DNA from: a virus
Lineage: Duplodnaviria > Caudoviricetes
Reading direction: 5' to 3' (one strand)
Length of the DNA: 64,000 nucleotides
Virus record (IMG/VR): IMGVR_UViG_3300028186_000155
The notes below the pieces were generated by a model. It worked only from the letters and a program-made list of their open reading frames with translations, ran no database searches and had not been told where the DNA came from. Below, one piece after another: positions 48,323-56,494 of the stretch. Every line of letters starts with the position of its first letter. Within the stretch, counting starts at the first letter, position 1. The translations under genes and the position numbers were made by a program.

Positions 48323-48747
48323 CAGCGATTCACACCGTAGCTAACGGCCAGCTTGTTGATACCACGGCGGAAAGAATCGGTGTAAAACTCGACACGATAC
48401 GGACGCTCCAGCACGTTGAATGCGTCGTAGAAATCAATGCTTGGGCCATCCTCGGGGCACGCCAGATGCAACACCACATAAGGGCGCTCGGTGCTGCGTG
48501 CACGCAACGCATTTACAGAACGTTCAATTTCGCGAATTGCGATTTCCACCAGTTCGATTGCCGAGTCGCTATGGACCACGCAACCGTCGAAGGTGAAGAC
48601 GTGCAGGCCTCGCGCTTCGTCGTAGGAATACAGCGGCGTTTCTGTAGCGGTCTTCAGCGGTGAATCATTGAACAGCGTAGGCACCACGTCGAGGAAGAAA
48701 ATGCATGGGAAGAAAGGTTTTTTGCCGTCGTATTTCAGAAGATCCAT
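48322..48747 (-). CDS. Hypothetical protein
   Basis: TAATG overlap at MDLLKY. Confidence 0.65.
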   Translation of the reverse strand: MDLLKYDGKKPFFPCIFFLDVVPTLFNDSPLKTATETPLYSYDEARGLHVFTFDGCVVHSDSAIELVEIAIREIERSVNALRARSTERPYVVLHLACPEDGPSIDFYDAFNVLERPYRVEFYTDSFRRGINKLAVSYGVNR

Positions 48748-48926
48748 TACAACACCTTTTGCAGAATTTGTTTGATGATGTGAACAGTTGCGAACATGCC
48801 GACCGCCATGTGCATCGGGGTCAACTGGTGCCAATAGGTTTTGGTGCGCCAGCCGTGGAACAGGTAGAAGCCCGCGAAGCTATACATGCCGTACAGCAGC
48901 CACCGCCAGATATCCCAGTCATCCAT
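48747..48926 (-). CDS. Small membrane protein, 59 aa (not in the ORF track)
   Basis: MDDWDIWRWLLYGMYSFAGFYLF...QKVL*; overlaps both neighbours. Confidence 0.55.
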   Translation of the reverse strand: MDDWDIWRWLLYGMYSFAGFYLFHGWRTKTYWHQLTPMHMAVGMFATVHIIKQILQKVL

Positions 48927-49446
48927 GATAATAAAAATCCATGCGCATCTGGCTATGGTTCACGCACAGGTCGATTATTTCAGAGCGCTTTTTGCCTTTG
49001 AAGCTATCTCGGAATTCTGTGAGCATGCGGCCCATCGCGTCTGCACCTTTCCCATCGCGCCCGGTGCCCCAGTCCTTATCCCAATCGGCTTTGTGCACCA
49101 ACCGCCCTTTGGTTTCCAGTAGGGCTAACAGGCGGATAGGGTTTTGCAAATACGCTTCACGAATCGCGATTTTCATCGTGTCGTAACGCTTCGATTTTTG
49201 ATCCTTGCGTTCCTTGCCCTTCGCCTTGGGGCCGCCGAAATGTTTGGCCTTGTAGGGATCAAAGGAATTTAGGATTTTGGTGCGCAGTTCTTTTTCGCTC
49301 GGGTCCAGCGAATAAAACTGGTACATGTGTTCGATGGATTTGAACAGCCGTTTCTTGTAGAAAAACGGCGAGGGCCACATCGCGCTCCACATCGGATTTT
49401 CATACGAGTTAAATTCGATGATCGGTACAGTCGTTTTCTTCGCCAC
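48919..49446 (-). CDS. NADAR (YbiA-like) family protein
   Basis: S..WPSPF...F.SIEH.YQ...P..AK.FG...QNP...LLET...D..WG.G.DG.G...G..L...R. Confidence 0.8.
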   Translation of the reverse strand: MAKKTTVPIIEFNSYENPMWSAMWPSPFFYKKRLFKSIEHMYQFYSLDPSEKELRTKILNSFDPYKAKHFGGPKAKGKERKDQKSKRYDTMKIAIREAYLQNPIRLLALLETKGRLVHKADWDKDWGTGRDGKGADAMGRMLTEFRDSFKGKKRSEIIDLCVNHSQMRMDFYYHG

Positions 49447-49585
49447 TTAAACCTTGCCCTTTTTCTGGTGTGCCGTCCGGGTTGAGTTTCACCCAGCGCG
49501 CTTCGATATGCGGCCACGGGTGGTATGGATTCGGTTCAACAAAGTGAACCTTTACTGCCGGAAATAAGCTGGGGAGTTTATCCAT
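49409..49585 (-). CDS. Small hypothetical protein, 58 aa (not in the ORF track)
   Basis: MDKLPSLFPAVKVHFVEPNPYHPWPH...; fills the gap. Confidence 0.4.
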   Translation of the reverse strand: MDKLPSLFPAVKVHFVEPNPYHPWPHIEARWVKLNPDGTPEKGQGLSGEENDCTDHRI

Positions 49586-49637
49586 TTTTCATTGTACCTT
49601 TGGAGTGGGGCACCACAAGGGCACCCCAAACGATTAA

Positions 49638-50387
49638 TCAGTCACCACCGCCGCCACCGCCACCGGAATCACCGCCAGAATCGCCACCGCCGCCCCAGCC
49701 CCCGGAACGGTCGCTAGTGCTAGGCGAATCATCATGGCGCGAAGGCGTATAGGACGGCGCAGGGGCCTCATGGCGCGTTTCTGCCATAGGTTCGCGGTAT
49801 CCACGCGTTTCTGCCATAGGTTCGCGGTATCCAACCGAGGGCTGGTGCAACGCGTTGCCGGTGATTTGCTCGCGCTGTTCCGGCGTAACCTTCAGCGTGT
49901 GCGTTTCTACGCTGGCGCGCCGGTTGCCCACTGTCAGGTCGCCAGGGTAGCCCTGTGCACGCTCTAGCGCATCGTCGTAAACACCGTTGACGTTTTGCGT
50001 TACCGCAATGTGCGTTGCCATCAGAATTGCAGAATCATCTGGCGGCGTGCTTTGGATTTGACCGCTGCGGTATTGCTGGCCATAACGCGCCACCTTTTCC
50101 GCTAGGTGACGTTCCGGGTGCTGGACCGGCTGGGGCTGCTCGCGCTGCAATCGGCTCAGACGGTCCGTCACTTCGAAATATTCGCGGCGCACCGAATTGA
50201 TTTCGTTTTGCAGGCCTTCGATTTGTTTGTTCTTTGCCGCCAGTTCGCGGTTTACGCGCAGCAGTTCAGCCGCTTGTGATTCGTAGCCCAGTGCCAGCAG
50301 TTTGTAGTGCGACTGGAACTCGCGGAAACGGCGGGTGCCGAACAGCTTGTCGAACCAGTAAAAATTACGCGGTTTTTGGTGATCCAT
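49638..50387 (-). CDS. Coiled-coil protein with a Gly/Ser/Asp-rich C-terminal tail
   Basis: SD GAGGA; C-term SGGWGGGGDSGGDSGGGGGGD. Confidence 0.7.
   Translation of the reverse strand: MDHQKPRNFYWFDKLFGTRRFREFQSHYKLLALGYESQAAELLRVNRELAAKNKQIEGLQNEINSVRREYFEVTDRLSRLQREQPQPVQHPERHLAEKVARYGQQYRSGQIQSTPPDDSAILMATHIAVTQNVNGVYDDALERAQGYPGDLTVGNRRASVETHTLKVTPEQREQITGNALHQPSVGYREPMAETRGYREPMAETRHEAPAPSYTPSRHDDSPSTSDRSGGWGGGGDSGGDSGGGGGGGD
49774..49833. repeat. Perfect 30-bp tandem duplication (GYREPMAETR x2)
   Basis: cgcgtttctgccataggttcgcggtatcca twice. Confidence 0.95.
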
Positions 50388-50401
50388 CAGTTTTCCTCTG
50401 C

Positions 50402-51289
50402 TTATTGTGCGCAATCATCTTGATCATCATCGTCGCATTCTTCGAGGTCGTAGCCGTAGCCAGCCTCTGCGAAATAATCCTTGCTGATTTCGTCTTGTTC
50501 GGTCAGTCCGTTGAGGTGATCAACGAACAGTTTGGTCCAGTTTTCGAACTTCACACCCGGATAGGTTTCGTACAGCTTTTGGGCCGCAACTGGCGGAATG
50601 AAATCGACGCCTTTTTCACGATTGCCTACCGTCACTCCGTCTTTCAGACGCAGACGCCACGCGATAGCCAGATGCAGACGGCCTACGTTGTCGCTATTGT
50701 CGAAAATCAGGCCTTCGAAATGCAGGGTTGCCAAATCCGCCAGATCATCCAGCGTGGCAGTCAGCCGTTCTTTCGCCGTGCCTTCTGCCCGGTAGGCGCT
50801 GAATTTTTCACCGTGAACGAAGAACGTCATTTCTTCGAATGCTTCGCGCATGATGTTTTGCAGAGAAGTTTCCAGCAGGTTCGGAATACTGGTATTGCGG
50901 TGTGTTACAGGGTCGCGCAGATAACGCACGTCCACCGCGTCGAGGTGGCCGCCCGGCATGCCCGAACCTTTGCCTTGCAGATCGGATTCGCCGTTGCCTT
51001 CACGTGCACGCATGTAGGCGTTCAGTTCCGGCAGGTAATGCGGCGTACCAGCCTGCTCTACCGTGAAGTAGTTCAGCCATTGCGCGTAATCGCGGTTGCC
51101 TTTGAACGATTCGCCCCAGTGCAAAGATTCGTCAAGGTCTTCGCGCTGGCCAATGATGAACCCGCGACGAACCAAACCGGAGAATTGTTCCCAGTCCACT
51201 TTTACGAAGCCGGTTTGACCCATGCCGAGTTGCGGAATGTCACGCAGAACGGTGCGGCGAATCGCGCCAATGAATTCTGGATATTTCAT
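50402..51289 (-). CDS. Hypothetical protein
   Basis: SD AGGA; acidic tail. Confidence 0.75.
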   Translation of the reverse strand: MKYPEFIGAIRRTVLRDIPQLGMGQTGFVKVDWEQFSGLVRRGFIIGQREDLDESLHWGESFKGNRDYAQWLNYFTVEQAGTPHYLPELNAYMRAREGNGESDLQGKGSGMPGGHLDAVDVRYLRDPVTHRNTSIPNLLETSLQNIMREAFEEMTFFVHGEKFSAYRAEGTAKERLTATLDDLADLATLHFEGLIFDNSDNVGRLHLAIAWRLRLKDGVTVGNREKGVDFIPPVAAQKLYETYPGVKFENWTKLFVDHLNGLTEQDEISKDYFAEAGYGYDLEECDDDDQDDCAQ

Positions 51290-51296
51290 GTTGGTT

Positions 51297-51353
51297 CCTA
51301 GATACAGGGCGGCCCCCTTTGGACCGCTCGCCTGTACCTAGTGTTTACAGTTT
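51297..51353 (-). promoter_or_regulatory. AAACTGTAAAC copy 7 (51343-51353) plus a long leader hairpin abutting the SD
   Basis: TAGGTACAGG-CGA-GCGGTCC-AAAGG-GGGCCGC-CCTGTATCTA then GGAACCAACATG. Confidence 0.65.
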
Positions 51354-51356
51354 TAC

Positions 51357-51848
51357 TTAGTCGCCCAGTCGAGTGGACATGGAAGCGCAACGGAAACGCA
51401 CGTTATGCCCGTTCAATGCGTCGGCCATCGCATCACTGGTTTCAACCGAGAACGGAACCACCATTCCGGCCCCCGTGGTGCAACCCAGCTTGAACGTGCG
51501 TTGCAGATCAGCATAAATCCACAGCTGCTGCTCCACCGGCAAATTGTCAGAAATATTCTGAACCATTGTCGATATTTGTTCCGGGGTTTTGCCTGCCAGA
51601 TCGGGAACCATCAAACGCTGGCCGAACTGCTGGTAACGTTGCAACATCCCTTCACCGTCATCCACGATTTTTTCGAGACGTTCCAACAATTGCGCTGGCG
51701 TGGATTCATCGTGCAGATACAGCAAAACCGTGTTGGGCACATCCCATGCAAAATACAGGTCGGCAAACAGGGTCATTAACACCGCGTTGGTGGCACCTGC
51801 GCCCGGTTGGGTAACACCAACGATGATTTCAGGTTTTACGTTTTTCAT
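51357..51848 (-). CDS. Degenerate RecA/DnaB-like P-loop protein 1
   Basis: IIVGVTQPGAGAT...VLLYLHDESTPAQLLERL. Confidence 0.55.
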   Translation of the reverse strand: MKNVKPEIIVGVTQPGAGATNAVLMTLFADLYFAWDVPNTVLLYLHDESTPAQLLERLEKIVDDGEGMLQRYQQFGQRLMVPDLAGKTPEQISTMVQNISDNLPVEQQLWIYADLQRTFKLGCTTGAGMVVPFSVETSDAMADALNGHNVRFRCASMSTRLGD

Positions 51849-52360
51849 TTGCTCAGGGTTCCGGTGGCGCGGGCGAAATCAACCATTTGGTGTGCACTCA
51901 TGCGCAGGTTTGCGACACGTACCACCACATTCGGGTTTTCTTCCAGCAGGCGGTCGAGTTCGATGCTTTGCATTTCGTCGGTCAGTGTGACCTGTACGTC
52001 TTTGCCTTTGGCGCGGATGTTGGTCATGCCCGGAGCGTCCAGATAAATGTTGATTTCTTTATCTGCGAATTTTTCGGTCATGTGCTTGATGGCGCCGAAC
52101 ACGTGGCCGCATTCGAGGGCGAAAGCGAAATTCAAAACACCCTTCTTTTCGTCCAGACGCTCCAGCCCGAATTTGGTGACGAATTGTTGGGCCAGATTAT
52201 CCGGCGAACTTTCATCGGAAATCAGCATGTGTACCGAGTCGCGAACGTCCAACTGGCTTTCCAGCTGGCGCATGCAGGAAGACGACAGGCCGCCGTGGGT
52301 CATGCCGAAAGAAACAATACGTGGGATCATGGTTTTACTCTCCAGTTTTTGGTTCAACAA
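51845..52360 (-). CDS. Degenerate P-loop paralog 2
   Basis: IVSFGMTHGGLS...HMLISDESSPDNLAQQF...INIYLD. Confidence 0.5.
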   Translation of the reverse strand: MLNQKLESKTMIPRIVSFGMTHGGLSSSCMRQLESQLDVRDSVHMLISDESSPDNLAQQFVTKFGLERLDEKKGVLNFAFALECGHVFGAIKHMTEKFADKEINIYLDAPGMTNIRAKGKDVQVTLTDEMQSIELDRLLEENPNVVVRVANLRMSAHQMVDFARATGTLSK

Positions 52361-52766
52361 TCAGGGTGACTTTTTGGAACAGATCCGAGGCAATTTGCCG
52401 CTGGATTGTTTGCGAAGCGATGTAGACCGGCAACGCGCCGTTGCAGTCCAGATCCGGGTCAGCCACGATGTGCTCAGGCATCCAGTAAATCACATGCAGC
52501 GGCCTTACCTCGGGACCGGCCCACAGCGCCTGTAGTTCTTTGGCCTTTTGTTCGATGTTGGAAACACCGTGGCAAATCACCATGTCGCGGGCCAGTACGC
52601 CGTTGTTATCGATGGCATGCCGTAGGTTATGTGGCAGACTCAGCGGGTTCCAAACGACGATCACCAGCAGGTCATTTTTCAGCAGGCGTTCACCGATCTT
52701 TTTGCCGATGATGAACAGGCATTCGTCGTGGGAACAATCGCTGTAAATCGAAATCTTTTTAGCCAT
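52335..52766 (-). CDS. Hypothetical protein, possible paralog 3
   Basis: LVIVVWNPLSLPHNL...LHVIYW; ATG at 52766. Confidence 0.5.
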   Translation of the reverse strand: MAKKISIYSDCSHDECLFIIGKKIGERLLKNDLLVIVVWNPLSLPHNLRHAIDNNGVLARDMVICHGVSNIEQKAKELQALWAGPEVRPLHVIYWMPEHIVADPDLDCNGALPVYIASQTIQRQIASDLFQKVTLIVEPKTGE

Positions 52767-53469
52767 TGACTTCATCCTGCATTTTGCTGATGCCGCATTC
52801 CTTGATGCTGGTAATTGCATCGTAGGCTTCGGCTTCGGTGGCAAACATGTCACGCCCCAATACGCGGGTGCCGACGTACAGATAGCTTTGTTCCTGCGAT
52901 TTAACTGGTTTGTCTTCACCAACAACCAGCGCCCAACCGTGGCGGCTATATGGGCCTTCGCCATTAGCGATCAGGAACGGCTTTATCTTCGATTCACCAG
53001 CCGCCACGGACATTGCAATGTCGGACGCGGCGATAACGGATACTGGCTTTTTGCGCTGGCGCTCTTTTTCACGGTTAAAACGCAGCGTGCGGTCGCGGGC
53101 TTTGCGTTCCTCTTCGGCCATTTCTTTTGCATCTTCGGCGTCGAGTTTTATGATTTCTTCACCGACCATGATTTGCTTGGCCAGTTCTGATGCGTGCACG
53201 GTGCCGCTGAACATACCGGAATTCACGACAACCTTTTTCGCTTTGACCGCCATGCCCGGCTCACGGTCCAAAGCCGATTTAGGCACGACGCCCAGCAGCC
53301 AGCTAACAGAAACCTCGGCGTCAACGCGCATTTGGTGCGCCTGCTGCAATTTGCTTTGCAGGCCTTCGGTCATGGCCGACATTACGTCGCGCATCAAGCT
53401 TGGATCTTCTGCCACGCTATCCGCAACATAGCGCAGGAAAACCATGCGTTGTTCGTGATTCATTGCCAT
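52759..53469 (-). CDS. Hypothetical protein
   Basis: TAATG overlap. Confidence 0.7.
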   Translation of the reverse strand: MAMNHEQRMVFLRYVADSVAEDPSLMRDVMSAMTEGLQSKLQQAHQMRVDAEVSVSWLLGVVPKSALDREPGMAVKAKKVVVNSGMFSGTVHASELAKQIMVGEEIIKLDAEDAKEMAEEERKARDRTLRFNREKERQRKKPVSVIAASDIAMSVAAGESKIKPFLIANGEGPYSRHGWALVVGEDKPVKSQEQSYLYVGTRVLGRDMFATEAEAYDAITSIKECGISKMQDEVNG

Positions 53470-54230
53470 TACTTCTCTTCCTGTACGGGTTGGGCCGCGA
53501 TTGCTACGTCGTGGGTTTTGGTCAGCACGAAAATATCCCACGTTTCTGGTTCAAATTCGGGCAGCACATATTGGCTGGTGGTGTGGATCGTGGCCTTGGC
53601 CGGAATGAACGTAAACGGCCCGCCCTCCAAGAAATTGCCGTGTGCCTCGGGCGCATGCCCATTGGTGTAGCTGCTGCCAATAGGCGAACCCAGCGCGTTG
53701 ATCATGCTGCTGAAATGCCGGGTGAAAACGCGTTCCGACTGGCTATCGTACCAATCGCAATTGACCACGTAATATTCTTCACCGGCCAGATATTTGTGGA
53801 ACGGTTCACGTCCCAAAATATTCAGACGCACATACGCATGAATGCGCAAACGGTGGTCGCCCTCACCTGCATGCGAATCGCCTTTGATCCCCACGGTGAA
53901 AATGATCCAGTAAGGGGCCTTCGTCATTTCCCGCGCTTTGGTCGCATACAGAATTGCGGTGCAGAAAATGCGCAACTCACGGGCAAACGCCGCGTGCTCT
54001 TCCGGGCTTTTCGGTTCGTGCAGCTGTTCGTGGTAGCGCTCGCCCACCAGCCCCTGATGGTTCACTTCCGGCGCCCACATTTCGCAGGTGCGTTTCTTGA
54101 ACACGATGCGGAATTCTTCCGCCTTAAATTCGATGCCCCAGCGGGTTGGCAATTCCTCGAAATTGATTTTCTCGCCTACGAGGAATTCACGCACGACCTG
54201 AATGTGGTTATGCAGAATATGCTTACTCAT
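53469..54230 (-). CDS. Hypothetical protein
   Basis: Overlap packing. Confidence 0.7.
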   Translation of the reverse strand: MSKHILHNHIQVVREFLVGEKINFEELPTRWGIEFKAEEFRIVFKKRTCEMWAPEVNHQGLVGERYHEQLHEPKSPEEHAAFARELRIFCTAILYATKAREMTKAPYWIIFTVGIKGDSHAGEGDHRLRIHAYVRLNILGREPFHKYLAGEEYYVVNCDWYDSQSERVFTRHFSSMINALGSPIGSSYTNGHAPEAHGNFLEGGPFTFIPAKATIHTTSQYVLPEFEPETWDIFVLTKTHDVAIAAQPVQEEK

Positions 54231-55356
54231 GGTTTTCTTCCTTTTCCTCGGTTTTGACTTTCATGTCGTTGATGATTTGAGACATGAACATTTCCCGGTC
54301 GCGCACCTCAAACAATTCGCGACGGGCTTTCATCTTGCCCTCTTCCTCAACAACCCACAGCAGGTACAGATTGCCGCGACCGTCTACGCAGGTAAACAGG
54401 GTGCCCAAAATTTCCTTGCGGTTGCTCAGGGTTTTCTTCCGATGCAGTACCAACTCATGCAGGCCGTTGGTGAACTGGCCGACATACTTCGGCAGCATGT
54501 CGCACAGGTGCTCTTGGAATTGCACGATCCAGCTTTTTGCGGGTGCCGAAAACTCGATGGGTTCCCTTGGCTGCAACGCTTCGATCAGGCCGTTAACGCA
54601 ATTCAATGCGCTTTCGTGCTGGTGGCGTTCGTATTTGTAAACGGTGGTGCTGCCCAGCACGTTGATTTTTACGCCGTCCGTTTCCAGATCGTGCACCACC
54701 GTAATCTGGTTGGCAATTCCGTAAACCACCTGTTCGGAATCGGCCTTGTAATCGAATTGTCGCCCGTGGGATTCTGCGAGATTTTCCAACCCGTAGGCCA
54801 GCGAACATGCTTCGAACGGATTTGGCGAAAACTCTTCCGCGTATTCCGTGATGAATGCAGCACGGGCGTAACGATGCTGCACACCATCGGCCTGCACACG
54901 GCGAATCTTGACGGCCTGCGCAGCCATTACAGCATGATCCCGGCGCACGGGACGCATTGCCTTGATACCGTCAACGCCTTTCACCCGCACGCCCAGCGAC
55001 AACGACAGCACGTCGATTTCGCCATTCAGGTAATGCGTGAAGTTTTCCACGGTTAGACCGCTGAATGGGTAGGCCTCGACCACAACCACTTCGGCCTTGT
55101 CGCGATCCGCGTAGCCTTGATGGAACGCCCAGCTAATCAGCGCCTGATTAACGACCTTCGGGTGGTAATGGCCCAGTGCGCCTTCGTGTGGCGTGATGGA
55201 ACCGAGATATTCAGCACGCAGCACGCCCATTGCGGTATAAACCATGATGTGCAAATTGCACGGGGCGAACGGGCGGTTGTTGAGGAAACAAATGTTGTAG
55301 AATTCCTGCAACGTGTCGCCACAAAAAGCAATGTGCTGGTCCGGTGTCATGCTCAT
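54223..55356 (-). CDS. Hypothetical protein
   Basis: ATGA overlap; 377 aa. Confidence 0.7.
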   Translation of the reverse strand: MSMTPDQHIAFCGDTLQEFYNICFLNNRPFAPCNLHIMVYTAMGVLRAEYLGSITPHEGALGHYHPKVVNQALISWAFHQGYADRDKAEVVVVEAYPFSGLTVENFTHYLNGEIDVLSLSLGVRVKGVDGIKAMRPVRRDHAVMAAQAVKIRRVQADGVQHRYARAAFITEYAEEFSPNPFEACSLAYGLENLAESHGRQFDYKADSEQVVYGIANQITVVHDLETDGVKINVLGSTTVYKYERHQHESALNCVNGLIEALQPREPIEFSAPAKSWIVQFQEHLCDMLPKYVGQFTNGLHELVLHRKKTLSNRKEILGTLFTCVDGRGNLYLLWVVEEEGKMKARRELFEVRDREMFMSQIINDMKVKTEEKEENHE

Positions 55357-55763
55357 GAGTGCTGTTCCTTGTACTGCTCGATAAATTGTTCACGCAGGGA
55401 TTCGGCTTCCGCCCGTTTCTGTTCCCAATTGCGCAGGTAGGTGTTTTCTGTGCCGACGTACAAAATGTGCGGTTTGTTCGTGGCTGGATTGCAGACTGCA
55501 AAGCGATGCTTGATTTGCTTGCCGTCCGTGACCATGTAATGGGTGATCCCAACAGGTAAATCACCCGCTTTGTTTGGTCGCGCTTTTGTTTCGATTTTTC
55601 GATGCAGCGTTTCGTCTGCATCCGGTTCCAGTTCGCGCAGGGCAGCGTCATACGATTGCTCGCGGCTGCCATACACCGAATCTAAAAACCGTTGGCGCCG
55701 GGTTCCTAGCGCCTTGGGAATGTACCAACCGTTTTGCTGGCTGTTACGGCAAACACTTTTCAT
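55353..55763 (-). CDS. AP2-domain-like DNA-binding protein
   Basis: RF.DSVYG.REQSY..A, LPVGIT and a second AP2-like unit. Confidence 0.6.
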   Translation of the reverse strand: MKSVCRNSQQNGWYIPKALGTRRQRFLDSVYGSREQSYDAALRELEPDADETLHRKIETKARPNKAGDLPVGITHYMVTDGKQIKHRFAVCNPATNKPHILYVGTENTYLRNWEQKRAEAESLREQFIEQYKEQHS

Positions 55764-56389
55764 GGCTTTGCATAATAAATACTCACATTGGTGGCTGGGA
55801 TTTCAGCGCGGATAAATTCGCCGGACAGATGCAGCGCAATGCCGTGCATGCGCAATTCTGCATCAAGGTCCAGCAGGGTTTTCTGGTCGCTGCTACGGAC
55901 CACAAAACTTTTTTCGTGAATCTGTGTGAGGTTCCACACGTAGCGCCCCACATGCAACAGACCACGCCGGGCGTCGTAATGCACCTCGGGCCTCAGTTCG
56001 TTCTTGTAAAAGAACTGGCGGCCTACAGGCACTTCGTCAACATCGACCCCGAATAGCTCTTTGATTCTACGGCGGCTAACAGGCTTCAGGAGGCGTTTTG
56101 CGCGTGCCCACTGGCTAACTGTCTCAGGCTTCGCAATCGCGCTCAAATCGTGCCCTGCGCGCCCCAGTTCGAGGATGTGGTAGGCATACAGGGCCAACCG
56201 CCATTCGTTCTCGAAGTCAGGCAGGTTTGAAATGGCTTTCACTTCGTCCAGCGTGGGCAGATAAAGCCCAGTTCCATAAGCGGTTAATGCAGCGGTCGCC
56301 CGCTCTACATCCCAGCCCATTTTATTTGCATACGATTCGATAATGGACCGGTTACTGGCCATAGCCCCAACCGATAGATTGAACATCAT
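55760..56389 (-). CDS. Hypothetical protein
   Basis: SD GAGG. Confidence 0.65.
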   Translation of the reverse strand: MMFNLSVGAMASNRSIIESYANKMGWDVERATAALTAYGTGLYLPTLDEVKAISNLPDFENEWRLALYAYHILELGRAGHDLSAIAKPETVSQWARAKRLLKPVSRRRIKELFGVDVDEVPVGRQFFYKNELRPEVHYDARRGLLHVGRYVWNLTQIHEKSFVVRSSDQKTLLDLDAELRMHGIALHLSGEFIRAEIPATNVSIYYAKP

Positions 56390-56455
56390 GTAAACCTCTT
56401 AGAATCGCTACAGATTGCCGTTTGAAAAATGAGATAAAGGGTGTTGCGTACCGAT

Positions 56456-56491
56456 AAAAAAGTAGGGCCGCCCAAACCGGCACGGCCCCTT
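56456..56491 (-). terminator. Rho-independent terminator
   Basis: AGGGCCG...CGGCCCT-ACTTTTTT on the - strand. Confidence 0.75.
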
Positions 56492-56494
56492 GCA

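Noticed and set aside
50920-50980. GGHLDAVDV resembling the glycyl-radical/PFL GGxHLNVNV motif
   Set aside because: No downstream RVxGY radical motif; likely chance
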